DNA of 64,000 nucleotides from positions 26,102,001 through 26,166,000 of the forward strand of contig NC_047033.1 of assembly GCF_902652985.1 (NCBI RefSeq), read 5' to 3'. Position 1 is the first letter of the stretch; each line of letters begins with the position of its first letter. Below the pieces are notes generated by a model, which saw only the letters and a list, made by a program, of their open reading frames with translations, was not told where the DNA came from and made no database searches. Source of the stretch: Pecten maximus (lineage: Eukaryota). Of this stretch, positions 1-13,880 are shown one piece after another. The translations under genes and the position numbers were made by a program.

Positions 1-325
1 TCTCTGCCCTTCCCCTTGAGACAGGAGAAGGTCCTGTGTGTTAGACAGTTGAATCTCCTCCTTGGGTAGAGATTTCTCTGCCCTTGAGATAGAAGAAGGC
101 CCAGTGTGTTAGACAGTTGAATGTCTTCCTTAGGTAGAGATTTCTCTGCCCTCCCCCTTGAGACAGGAGAAGGCCCTGTGTGTTAGACAGTTGAATCTCT
201 TCCTTGGGTAGAGATTTCTCTGCCCTTGAGATAGAAGAAGGCCCAGTGTGTTAGACAGTTGAATCTCCTCCTTGGGTAGAGATTTCTCTGCCCTTCCCCT
301 TGAGACAGGAGAAGGCGCTGTGTGT
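1..325. repeat. Minisatellite, alternating 68/74-bp units (runs off the window start)
   Basis: ttagacagttgaat recurs at 41, 109, 183 and 251. Confidence 0.9.
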
Positions 326-1899
326 TACATTTCTTGGTTGATATCAGTACCACCACTGTCAGAGCTGACTCGGTCAATGTTCTGACAATATAAATCCTAG
401 AATAAGTGACAGACTGGACATTACTTTTCGATCAGTAGGGGTCAGCTAATATTATGAGAGATGTACATATGTCCAACAATAATCAATAGTCTCGGGCCTC
501 ACGGTTTTTTATACGGAGTTGAGCCGATTTCATACATATTACCTTCTCTATTGTAAACACGACATCTGACAAACTGGCTTTCGTTATCAGTGTAAAGAAA
601 TGGATATTGGGGATTATATTACTGAAGAAGAAAATCTACAATTATAGTATTTCAGAGATTTTGAAAGAACTATATTCATGCATCGTCATATCACTTAAAC
701 TTGTTAAAATGTCAGAGAGGACATGAAAGTATAAACAAATTTAAAAGGCCTGAGTGGCCTGTACAACATAGTGTTAAATGTGGTCCCTGTTGCTCAGCTG
801 ATGGGGCATGCTTCTTTGGTTTAGGAGGTAGAGAAGGGTATTATCGAGGAGAACTAGGGTTTGATTCTAGCAAGTATGTGGCGGAAGTGTGATTTTCTCC
901 GTTCTTTCACACAAATAAGTTTTTTTTTACAACAATTCTTACAGTTGTCTTCATGCTATAGATATCACTCATAAATCATGGTTGTTTGAACTTCATTACA
1001 AGTCGTAACAAGTCTGGTCATTTTCTCAAACTGTTTATTAGATGGCTGCTTGGTCACTACAGGTCAGTTTGAAGTATCAGCTTGTATTTTAGGACAATTT
1101 GACTTCTGCTATATCTAACAAATGGTCAAGTATGGTCAGGATGACACTGGAATGGAACATCTGAAAACGCCCAAACATTAGAATGATTTGGATGAAGCGT
1201 CTTTCTGATCATGATTTCACACATGTCTGCTACAAGATGGTTAGGAGACATGTCAGACAATTAAGGGTCTTATTGATCTGGTATTTAAATGGCCTATATC
1301 TGATTATTTTTGGTTATTAAGGTAACAAAACAGTTAATTGATTCATGCCTTTGATATTGGTCAGCAGTCAAAACTCTTTCCTGAACAGTTTCCCTTTGAG
1401 GGAAATAATCATGACTGTTCACCAATTAAGGCATGGAACAATTGTATACTGTACATCATACATTCTGATATAGGACATGATATACACAATGTAACATTAC
1501 ATTTCAGTTTATTTGCGAAATATATGAGATTTGAATCTATTAATTGGTTCTAAATTTGTCAATCTTTGTCATGATCGAATGAGCGTTTTTACAAGGTAGT
1601 AGGGTCACATGTGACGTTAAAATTTCATTTGTCAAGTCGACATGAATTGACTGAAGCACATAGATTACCAGCTTGATGTGTACAGTTAATGAGAGTTACA
1701 TTGATGTTCTTGCATAGAGTTATCATTATGTTGTACAATCTACTTGAGTTCATGAGATAACTTGGTGTTTACATTGCCATGATCTACCATTTTGACAGTT
1801 TACATAAGTTACCATTTTGGAAAGCTACCATAAGTCTATCAGCTTGTTGTGAAATCTTACTGATTATCAGTTGTTTGTACAACACCTTGAGTTGAATAA

Positions 1900-4800
1900 G
1901 TCTCCACTGTGTTAGTATGAAGTCGAATGAAGTCTACCAGTTGTGTTTGACAAGTTACTGAAGTCTACCCACTGTGTGTTTACAGTCTGACATGAGATCT
2001 ACAGCTTGTGTGTTGTACAAGTCTGACATGAGGTCTACTTTGTGTAAGTCTGACTGAAGTCTACTCAGCTGTTGTTGACAAGCTCTGACCATGAGAGTCT
2101 ACCAGCTTTGTTGTGTTACAAGTCTGACCATGAGAGTCTACCAGCTGTGTGTGTACAAGTCTGACCATGAGAGTCTACCAGCTTGTGTTGTACAAGTCTG
2201 ACCATGAGAGTCTACCAGCTTGTGTTGTACAAGTCGACCATGGAGTCTGACCATGAGAGTCTACCAGATCTTTGTGTGTGTACAAGTCTGACCATGAGAG
2301 TTGCTGACATGAGAGTCTACCAGTTTGTGTTACAAGTCTGACCATGAGAGTGACCTGAAGTCTACCACTTGTGTGGTTGTTACAAGTCTGACCATGAGGT
2401 TAACTCCACTTGTGTGTTGTACAAGTCTGACCATGAGTCTACCATGGGTCTTACCAGCTTGTGTGCTGTACAAGTCTGACCATGAGAGTCTACCCAGCTT
2501 GTGTGTTGTACAAGTCTGACCATGAGAGTCTACCCAGCTTGTGTGTTGTACAAGTCTGACCATGAGAGTCTACCCAGCTTGTGTGTTGTACAAGTCTGAC
2601 CATGAGAGTCTACTCAGCTTGTGTGCTGTACAAGTCTGACCATGAGAGTCTACTCCAGCTTGTGTGTTGTACAAGTCTGACCATGAGAGTCTACTCAGCT
2701 TGTTGTGTTGTACAAGTCTGACCATGAGAGTCTACTCAGCTTGTGTGTTGTACAAGTCTGACCATGAGAGTCTACTCAGCTTGTGTGTTGTACAAGTCTG
2801 ACCATGAGAGTCTACCTAGCTTGTTGTGTTGTACAAGTCTGACCATGAGTGTCTACCCAGCTTGTTGTGTTGTACAAGTCTGACCATGAGAGTCTACCCA
2901 GCTTGTGTGTTGTACAAGTCTGACCATGAGAGTCTACCCAGCTTGTGTGTTGTACAAGTCTAACCTTGAGAGTCTACTCAGCTTGTGTGTTGTACAAGTC
3001 TGACCATGAGAGTCTGACCATGAGAGTCTACCCAGCTTGTGTGTTGTACAAGTCTGACCGTGAGAGTCTACCCAGCTTGTTGTGTTGTACAAGTCTAACC
3101 ATGAGAGTCTACTCAGCTTGTTGTGTTGTACAAGTCTGACCATGAGAGTCTGACCATGAGAGTCTACCCAGCTTGTGTGCTGTACAAGTCTGACCATGAG
3201 AGTCTGACCATGAGAGTCTACCCAGCTTGTGTGTGTATAAGTCTGACCATGAGAGTCTGACCATGAGAGTCTACCCAGCTTGTGTGTTATACAAGTCTGA
3301 CCATGAGAGTCTACCCAGCTTGTGTGTTGTACAAGTCTGACCATGAGAGTCTACCCAGCTTATGTGTTGTACAAGTCTGACCATGAGAGTCTACCCAGCT
3401 TGTGTGGTGTACAAGTCTGACCATGAGAGTCTGACCATGAGAGTCTACCCAGCTTGTGTGTTGTACAAGTGCCTGAACCATTGTGTAAGTCTGCATGAGA
3501 GTCTACCCAGCTTGTGTGTGTTCAAGTCTGACATGAAGTCTGACCATGAGAGTCTACCAGCTTGTGTTTGTACAAGTCTGACCATGAGAGTCTGACCTAT
3601 GAGAGTCTACCCAGCTTGTGTGTGTACAAGTCTGACCTGAAGTCTACCAGCTGTGTGATTGAAGTCTGACCATGAGAGTCTACCCAGCTTGTGTGTTGTA
3701 CAAGTCTGACCTTGAGAGTCTACCCAGCTTGTGTGGTGTACAAGTCTGACCATGAGAGTCTGACCATGAGAGTCTACCCAACTTGTGTGTTGTACAAGTC
3801 TGACCTTGAGAGTCTACTTAGCTTGTATGGTGTACAAGTCTTACCATGAGAGTCTGAGAGTCTGACCATGAGAGTCTACTTAGCTTGTGTGATGTACAAG
3901 TCTTACCATGAGAGTCTACCCAGCTTGTGGTGTGTTGTACAAGTCAGACCATGAGAGTCTACTTAGCTTGTGTGGTGTACAAGTCTGACCATGAGAGTCT
4001 GACCATGAGAGTCTACCCAGGTTGTGTGTTGTACAAGTCTGACCATGAGAGTCTACCCAGGTTGTGTGTTGTACAAGTCTGACCATGAGAGTCTGACCAT
4101 GAGAGTCTACTTAGCTTATGTGTTGTACAAGTCTGACCATGAGAGTCTACCCAGCTTGTTGTGTTGTACAAGTCTGACCGTGAGAGTCTACCCAGCTTGT
4201 GTGTTGTACAAGTCTGACCATGAGAGTCTACCCAGCTTGTGTGTTGTACAAGTCTGACCATGAGAGTCTGACCATGAGAGTCTACCCAGCTTGTTGTGTT
4301 GTACAAGTCTGACCATGAGAGTCTACCCAGCTTGTGGTGTGTTGTACAAGTCTGACCTTGAGAGTCTACCCAGCTTGTGTGTTGTACAAGTCTGACCTTG
4401 AGAGTCTACCCAGCTGGTGTGGTGTACAAATCTTACCATGGGAGTCTACCCAGGTTGTGTGGTGTACAAGTCTGACCTTGAGAGTCTACCCAGCTTTTGG
4501 TGTGTTGTACAAGTCTGACCATGAGAGTCTACCCAGCTTTTGTGGTGTACAAGTCTTACCATGAGAGTCTACCCAGGTTGTGTGGTGTAAAAGTCTGACC
4601 TTGAGAGTCTACCCAGCTTGTTGCGTTGTACAAGTCTGACCTTGAGAGTCTACCCAGCTTGTGTGGTGTACAAGTCTGACCTTGAGAGTCTACCCAGGTT
4701 GTATGTTGTACAAATCTGACCATGAGAGTCTACCCAGGTTGTATGTTGTACAAGTCTGACCATGAGAGTCTACCCATCTTGTGTGTTGTACAAGTCTGAC

Positions 4801-5933
4801 CATGAGAGTCTACCCAGCTTGTGTGGTGTACAAGTCTTACCATGAGAGTCTACCCAGCTTGTGTGTTGTACAAGTCTGACCATGATAGTCTGACCATGAG
4901 AGTCTGACCATGATCGAGAGTCTACCCAGCTTGTTGTGTTGTACAAGTCTGACCATGAGAGTCTTACCAGCTTGTTGCGTTGTACAAGTCTGACCATGAG
5001 AGTCTACTCAGCTTGTGTGTTGTACAAGTCTGACCTTGAGAGTCTGACCTTGAGAGTCTACCCAGCTTGTGTGTTGTACAAGTCTGACCTTGAGAGTCTA
5101 CCCAGCTGGTGTGGTGTACAAATCTTACCATGAGAGTCTACCCAGGTTGTGTGGTGTACAAGTCTGACCTTGAGAGTCTACCCAGCTTTTGGTGTGTTGT
5201 ACAAGTCTGACCATGAGAGTCTACCCAGCTTTTGTGGTGTACAAGTCTTACCATGAGAGTCTACCCAGGTTGTGTGGTGTAAAAGTCTGACCTTGAGAGT
5301 CTACCCAGCTTGTTGCGTTGTACAAGTCTGACCTTGAGAGTCTACCCAGCTTGTGTGGTGTACAAGTCTGACCTTGAGAGTCTACCCAGGTTGTATGTTG
5401 TACAAATCTGACCATGAGAGTCTACCCAGGTTGTATGTTGTACAAGTCTGACCATGAGAGTCTACCCATCTTGTGTGTTGTACAAGTCTGACCATGAGAG
5501 TCTACCCAGCTTGTGTGGTGTACAAGTCTTACCATGAGAGTCTACCCAGCTTGTGTGTTGTACAAGTCTGACCATGAGAGTCTGACCATGAGAGTCTGAC
5601 CATGATCAAGAGTCTACCCAGCTTGTTGTGTGTTGTACAAGTCTGACCATGAGAGTCTTACCAGCTTGTTGCGTTGTACAAGTCTGACCATGAGAGTCTG
5701 ACCATGAGAGTCTACTCAGCTTGTGTGTTGTACAAGTCTGACCATGAGAGTCTACTCAGCTTGTGTGTTGTACAAGTCTGACCTTGAGAGTCTGACCATG
5801 AGAGTCTACCCAGCTTGTGTGTTGTACAAGTCTGACCTTGAGAGTCTGACCATGAGAGTCTACCCAGCTTGTGTGTTGTACAAGTCTGACCATGAGAGTC
5901 TACTCAGCTTGTGTGTTGTACAAGTCTGACCAT
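1900..5933. repeat. 40-bp minisatellite
   Basis: gtctacccagcttgtgtgttgtacaagtctgaccatgaga, with 14-bp sub-duplications and a ~690-bp higher-order duplication. Confidence 0.97.
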
Positions 5934-7493
5934 TTCTGGTAGATTTGTTGTGTATTGCTGTTGTGATAATTCTCAAAGCTGGTTTACATGGACACACATA
6001 TATATGTAGTAGTAGTAGGGTACATAATATAGCATAAATGATTTGAGAGCTAGTATAACTTGTTCAAATTCTTTAAGATATACATTTTCTATACAGCTAG
6101 ACATATTTAGTTGTCACATCATTATAGAATCAGTAAAATAAAATTTGCTGTCCTATACAGGCCTAAGTAGAATTATAAAGGAATTGGGAACAAGATTTAC
6201 ATAAGTTTAAATTTCATCAGAAATAGAGATTTAACACACGACTGACACAGGAATATCATCCGAAAAGTCTCGCAACTGAATAAGTTTGTTATAAGAATTT
6301 TTTGTGAACTTTCCCACCTATGACATACATAGATGCACAGGTATTGGTAAAATATTCTGATATATATATATATATAGTTTGTTTTATATCATAATACAGC
6401 CTAAAGGCTTTATACACTGTTACCAGTACCTGTGCATGGTGAAGTTATAGTCCTGAAACCTATTGACATATCACTGACAAACAGCTTTAAGATCTCGGTA
6501 GTCCATTGATCTTTATAGAAAAAACATACATCTATACATGTAAGCATTTGTATATCCTTATTGTTAGTCCTGGGTCATCTTGGTACGATACAAATCCCTG
6601 TCACAACATCTGGTCCGAGTTCATCAAAAGGAGATATACATGTACACAGCAATGCCAACCCCTTTCTTAACTCTTCTATCTTATTAGGTGCAAAGTTTAC
6701 AATATAAATTTTTTTTATCAATTTTCATGTTTTTTGTCTTTTTCTCAATTTTCATTGTTTTTTTTTTTTTTTTTTCTCAATTTTCGAAGTTTTTTTGTTG
6801 CTTTTTTTTTTCTAAATATAGCTGGCAAACAAGGCATTACCTATTGCCGTCATCAATAACACTCAGTATTTCAAATTTTGTTTAAATATGCCTCAAAACA
6901 ATAGCACATGTATTGTCTTGGCTATTCAGCCATATTGTATGATATAGTAATTCATGAAAACGTTAACCCATAAAAAACAATACAAGGCTCTAACTATATA
7001 GAAGGGTCAAATGTGAAAACAAAAATATTCAATTATCTTTGAGTTTGATAATTACTTAATTAAGTTAATTGCATATTCTTCTGTATTTGCCTTCGGCCTA
7101 TTTACTCACACACAGCTTTTTCAAGGTTATTCCTGAATATAGCTTGAGTATCATCTGTATCAATCCAAGAGTGCATGGTTACTTTTAAAAAGGTGAATTG
7201 TCTTCTTATTTCATAAAACATTCAGGTAAAGTGTTAGTCCATTAAGGATGAAAAATCACACAAAAGAACAATAATAGTACCATCGCGAGAATCAAGGTCA
7301 GCCATTAAGGGAGTGTAGCCATTAATTTATACAAGAAAAAGGTGTATTTCAGATAGGAGGCCTTTATATACAGGTCATATATTGACATGTGTTACATCCC
7401 AACTATGTGGTCTTTATATGCAGGTTTTTGTTATATATGAGTTGCCTTTATAAACAAGGTTTTGTGTTGTACATGTATAGACAGTTTTCACAA

Positions 7494-8003
7494 TTAGCCC
7501 ACCTGGCCCACTGTAAATGGCATCCGTCCAGCATCAACTTTTCCATTTAAACAACTTCTCACTAGCCAAGACTCCCAAAATCATGATATTTGACTGATAA
7601 GATCTCTGGATGAGGCCTGTAAAAGGTTGCAGAAAGAAATGGTCTTGACCCGAGTTCAAGGTCGCATGTTATATTCCTTCAAATATTTTAATGGCTTCTT
7701 CTCACTTACCAAGACTTTCAGAGTTATGATTTGGCTGAAATATTCCTTAGATGAGGCCCAACAAATTTTTTGAAAATAATTGACCTTGACCCATATTCAA
7801 GGTCACATGCATCATATTCCTTAAAATGACTGCTTTTGGTTAACCAAAAGGCCAAGAATCATGATGTCAAATTGTTCAAACATAAGAAGGACTTCTGATT
7901 ACCTACAAAGCCTAGAATGAACTTCTTTTGACCAAATGAATCACAGAGAATCATCAAAGAAGTGAATACCAGGTAAATGATGCAGGCCAATTGGGCCTTT
8001 TGT
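7494..8003 (+). mobile_element. Degenerate HINE/Helentron-like non-autonomous element
   Basis: 5' ttagcccacctgg, a CGTCC microsatellite remnant, internal repeats with a TGACC..CAAGGTC hairpin, and 3' ccaggt...aggcc..gggcc palindrome. Confidence 0.6.
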
Positions 8004-8133
8004 ATATACAGGCAGTCTTTATAAGCAGATGCAGGTGGTCTTAATAGACAGTTTTTGTTATATATAAGTAATATCAATATGTATTATAAGTTATAAGTGT
8101 TTCACAAATCAACCATTCCCAAATTTTAAAGTG

Positions 8134-8881
8134 TTTACACTAGGGAAGGGGGGTTGGGGGTATTTTACACTTAGAAAGGGATTTATTTAAAGGTAATTAC
8201 AGTATTATAATGTTAACACTAGGGGAGGGGGTTTATTTGAAGGTAATTACAGTATTAACATTTACACTAGGGGAGGGGTATTTATTTTTTAAGGTAATTA
8301 CAGTATTGATATTTACACTAGGGGAGGGGGTTTATTTTAAGGTAATTACGGTTTAATATTTACACTAGGGGAGGGGGTTTATTTGAAGGTAATTACAGTA
8401 TTAATATTTACACTAGGGGAGGGTATTATTTTAAGGTAATTACAGTATTGATATTTACACTAGGGGAGGGGGTTTATTTTAAGGTAATTACGGTTTAATA
8501 TTTACACTAGGGGAGGGAGTTTATTTGAAGGTAATTACAGTATTAATATTTACACTAGGGGAGGGTATTATTTTAAGCTAATTACAGTATTGATATTTAC
8601 ACTAGGGGAGGGGGTTTATTTTAAGGTAATTACGGTTTAATATTTACACTAGGGGAGGGGGTTTATTTTAAGGTAATTACAGTATTAATATTTACACTAG
8701 GGGAGGGGGTTTATTTGAAGGTAATTACAATATTGATATTTATGCTGGGGGGCTTATTTGAAGGTCATTACGATATTAATGTTTACACTGGGGATAGGGG
8801 GTTATTTAAGGGTTAATGCGATACTAAATGTTTACACTAGGGGTAGGGGGTTATTTTGAGGGTAAATATAGTATAATATTT
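8134..8881. repeat. 48-bp minisatellite
   Basis: tttacactaggggagggggtttattttaaggtaattacagtattaata. Confidence 0.95.
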
Positions 8882-9577
8882 TCTATAGAACTCTGACATT
8901 CTGCTGTAATGAAGCCTAAGTTACAGAGAAATACAGAACTCCACATTTATTCAGGGGAGGTAACTTCAGTGCAAAACATAATGAGCAAATATCCGTAATA
9001 CAGATTCCAATATGGTTGTAATTGTGGTTGTCGATTGCCTTTCGTGGTTTATGGCAGTCCTCAATATGTATGAACATTTAAATCAGTTTTGTCAGGAACT
9101 GGCTGTAGAGTTTTCTGTAGACAGAAGCTTATAGTGTCCTCCAGTGTTATCACAGGCCATCAAATCTCCAATGTAGAGGGGGGGGGGGGGGGGGGGGAGT
9201 TATAGCCGTGATCACACAATATTGTTCTATTGGCATTAGTGGGCACTATTTACATTACAACAGTCGACAAAATTCAGCTGCTCCTTCATTGTATGGTCAC
9301 TTAGCTATGGTGTTTAGGACTGAGAACTCTCAGCACTGTTGGACTCAGTTTGCTTGTGAAATTCCACATAATTACCAATCTCTTATTTATAGTTAGGTTT
9401 GTGATCGGCAGTCATTGCTGTCAGTCCTAGAAGACAATTTGATGCTTTTGTATCAGACAAGATGAGGAATTGTCAAGTGGGCCTGACGAGGAATAGGCTT
9501 AGTAGAATTACCATTCAGCATACAGACTCCAATGTGTGTCTTAATTTTCCTATCCAGCTTTATAAAGAACCTACTGT

Positions 9578-11590
9578 AGTAGATAAATATGTGTCCCTTA
9601 TAGGGGTTTAGTAACTAGTAGATAAATATGTATCCCCTATAGGGGTTTAGTAACTAGTAGATAAATCTGTGTCCCCTATAGGGGTTTAGTAACTAGTAGA
9701 TAAATCTGTGTCCCCTATAGGGGGTTTATATAGAAACTAGTAGATAAATATGTGTCCCCTATAGGGGGTTTATATAGTAACTAGTAGATAAATCTGTGTG
9801 TCCAATAGGGGTTTAGAACATATAGTAACTTGGCCCTATAGGGGGTTTATATAGTAACTTGGCCCTATAGGGGGTTTATATAGTAACTTGCCTCTATATG
9901 GGGTTTATATAGTAACATGGCCCCTATAGGGGTTTATATAGTAACTTGGACCTATATGGGGTTTATATTGTATCTTGGCCCTATAGGGGGTTTACATAGT
10001 AATTTGCCCCTATAGGGGGTTTATATAGTAACTTGCCTCTATAGGGGTTTATATAGTAACTTGGCCCTATAGGGGGTTTATATAGTAACTTGGACCTATA
10101 GGGGGTTTATATAGTAACTTGGCCCTATAGGGGGTTTATATAGTAACTTGGCCCCTATAGGGGGTTTATATAGTAACTTACCCCTATAGGGGGTTTATAT
10201 AGTAACTTGCCCCTATAGGGGGTTTATAAAGTAACTTGGCCCTATAGGGGGTTTATATAGTAACTTGGCCCTATAGGGGGTTTATATAGTAACTTGGCCC
10301 AATAGGGGGTTTATATAGTAACTTGGCCCAATAGGGGGTTTATATAGTAACTTGGCCCTATAGGGGGTTTATATAGTAACTTGTCCCTATAGGGGGTTTA
10401 TATAGTAACTTGGACCTATAGGGGTTTATATAGTAACTTGCCCCTATAGGGAGTTTATATAATAACTTGGCCCCTCTAGGGGTTTATATAGTAACTTGTC
10501 CCTATAGGGGGTTTATATAGTAACTTGCCCCTATAGGGGTTTATATAGTAACTTGTCCCTATAGGGGGTTTATATAGTAACTTGCCCCTATAGGGGTTTA
10601 TATAGTAACTTACCCCTATAGGAGGTTTACATAGTAACTTGGCCCTATAGGGGGTTTATATAGTAACTTGGCCCTATAGGGGGTTTATATAGTAACTTGG
10701 CCCCTATAGGGGTTTATATAGTAACTTGGACCTATAGGGGGTTTATATAATAACTTACCCCTATAGGGGGTTTATATAGTAACTTGCCCCTATAGGGGGT
10801 TTATATAGTAACTTACCTCTATAGGGGGTTTATATAGTAACTTGGCCCTATAGGGGGTTTATATAGTAACTTACCTCTATAGGGAGTTTATATAGTAACT
10901 TGGCCCTATAGGGGTTTATATAGTAACTTGGCCCTATAGGGGTTTATATAGTAACTTGGCCCTATAGGGGTTTATATAGTAACTTGGCCCTATAGGGGGT
11001 TTATATAGTAACTTGGCCCTATAGGGGGTTTATATAGTAACTTGTCCCTATAGGGGGTTTATATAGTAGCATGGCCCCTATAGGGGTTTATATAGTAACT
11101 TGCCCCTATAGGGGGTTTATATAGTTACTTGGCCCCTATAGGGGGTTTATATAGTAACTTGGCCCTATAGGGGGTTTATATAGTAACTTGTCCCTATAGG
11201 GGGTTTATATAGTAACATGGCCCCTATAGGGGGTTTATATAGTAACATGGCCCCTATAGGGGGTTTATATAGTAACTTGGCCCTATAGGGGGTTTATATA
11301 GTAACTTGGCCCTATAGGGGGTTTATATAGTAACTTGGCCCTAATAGGGGGTTTATATAGTAACTTGGACCTATAGGGGGTTTATATAGTAACTTGGCCC
11401 TATAGGGGGTTTATATAGTAACTTGCCCCTATAGGGGGTTTATATAGTAACTTGGACCTATAGGGGTTTATATAGTAACTTTCCCCCTATAGGGGGTTTA
11501 TATAGTAACTTGGACCTATAGGGGGTTTATATAGTATCTTACCCTATAGGGGTTTGTATTGTAATTTGCCCCTATCAGGGGTTTATTTAT
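9578..11590. repeat. 29-bp minisatellite (39-45-bp variants at the left edge)
   Basis: ccctatagggggtttatatagtaacttgg. Confidence 0.97.
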
Positions 11591-12494
11591 AGTATCTGAT
11601 GTTTGAGTAACTGTCTGTATGATGAGAAGGCTGTATTTTGCTAGCCCACTTAAAATGCTTGTGTTAGTAGTACCTGCTACATAAGTCTGGAGAAATAACT
11701 TGATACATTAAATGTTCGGAAATATTACAGGGTTGGCTTGGTATCATCTTCAACTTCCTCCTTTCTCAAAACATGTTAGCTTCCTTCCAAATCTGAAACC
11801 CTGACATACGGAACATTGGAACAGAAGCGTTTGTGTGTGAAGCTATATTTTTATGGTTACTTGTATAATTCTGACTCCGGAGCTATAGATAATATGCTTC
11901 TTTAACATAAAACAGGTTTTTCAAAACATTTTGTAAGTCAAATATAAGATGAATATAAATCATAGCTTGGCCAGCTAATGGGGAGTCGCACACACCTGTT
12001 TAAATATCAGGGCCTCTTACATATTCTCCTGTAGGGTGTAGAGAGTCTGGGCTGCACTCAAGTGGGTACAATAGGCCCTGTTTATAGGGTTTAGGCTGTC
12101 TGATGCTGGTGATAATTTGTTAACACAAATATAATGGCATACATCTCGCCAATGTAGCTGTGTTTTCATACATACCATGTTTTATGTACGTGATCTGTCT
12201 TAAAGTGTACGAAAGTTCACAAATAGTTTTTAAAGTTCGTGGGTATATCACAAACTGTTTTGAGGATTGTGGGTATACACACAAATAGTTTTTAGGGATT
12301 GTGATATATACTTACGACTGGTTTTCGGGTTTGTAGTTACAAATAGTTTTAAGGATTGTAAGTATTCATCAGTTGTTGTAAGAAATCAAAATAGGTTATA
12401 AGATATTAGATAATGTTATACCAAATTATACTGTCATCTGAAGTTGTACTTGGGTGTTAATCTTATGTGTAGTATCCTCATTTCCTTACTAGAA

Positions 12495-13070
12495 ATCAGG
12501 GTAATCTCCCTTGTGTGTAACTCCTTCAGGTTTATCTCCCTTGTGTGTGACTCCTTCACTAGAAATTAGGTTTATCTCCCTTGTGTGTGACTCCTTTATT
12601 AGAAATCAGGTTTATCTCCCTTGTGTGTGACTCCTTTATTAGAAATCAGGATTATCTCCCTTGTGTGTGACTCCTTTATTAGAAATCAGGTTTATCTCCC
12701 TTGTGTGTGTCTCTTCACTAGAAATTGTGAGATTATCTCCTGTGTTCGACTCCTTTAATAGAAATTGTGGGATTATCTCCCTTCGTGTTTAACCCTTAAC
12801 TAGAAAATGTAGGATTATCTCCCTTGTGTCTGTGACTTCTTCACTATAGATTAGGTTTATCTCCCTTATGTGTGATTTCTTCATTAGATATCTTGGAATT
12901 GTCTCCCTTGTGTCTGTGACTGCTTCACTGGAAATCTTGGAATTATCTTCCTTGTGTAACTCCTTTATTAGGAAATGTAGGATTATCTCCCTTGTGTATT
13001 TGAATGCTTCAATGGAAATCTTGGAATCATCTCCCTTGTGTCTGTGACTGCTTCACTAGAAATCGTCTCC
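12495..13070. repeat. 40-bp minisatellite, diverging rightwards
   Basis: ttatctcccttgtgtgtgactcctttattagaaatcagg, with a 40-bp period at 12531-12691. Confidence 0.9.
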
Positions 13071-13880
13071 CACTGGGCACTAGTTAGTGGACATGGTTTT
13101 ACAAATATGTCTGCTGGATTTCATTAAGGTCAATTCAGTATGCAGCCTGTCCATGTTTGTCATTGATTTCTGATTACATGTATTGGTGTGTTCAGCTGGT
13201 GGGGATATCTGATTTCACATAGCCAGAGTAACTTACCCTTGGTTTTGATGAAAAAAAAAATATTGAAATTCCACTTTATTTCATGTCTGGCAGTCCTTTT
13301 TTTTTTTTTTTTTTGGTAATTTGAATGATAATAGCTTTTTTAAATTTCCAATGATTTGTGCATTGTATTTATGTGGTTGATAAAGTCACCATGTACATGT
13401 ATCATGGTCAGTGGAAACAACATGAACCCAAGGGCACTCCTCTGTGTTTGAAGTTGTGGTTTTATCTTTTGGTTGTAAATTATATATGCATCCCCTGTCT
13501 AGGGATGAACTAACTGTCAGACTGTGTTCTATCGATGTCTGGTGAGTTTCACTACTATTGACAGGGTATGTATGCCATATTTTCTTTGGGGAATACCCTG
13601 AATATTGTCTCATAATAACTCCAGAACATATCAGAAAGGATGCCATTGTTTCGAGGAAGAACAGCTTTGTGGCAAAGGTCATTTATTAATGATCAGTGAA
13701 AGGAATGATAAAATGATGAATATGAGTGAAACAAAGCCATCTTCATAATTGATAACTTAAGCCATTGTTTGGATGTAAAGCCTAAACAAACAAAGAAAAT
13801 TTGATGACAGATACAGAAGATATTGTCTGCTGTGAAACACAACACAGCATGTTCACATCAGGGGTTATAGAGAACAAATA

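Noticed and set aside
9177-9197. Poly-G tracts (also ~23309-23326)
   Set aside because: Simple homopolymers of unreliable length with no further evidence of function.
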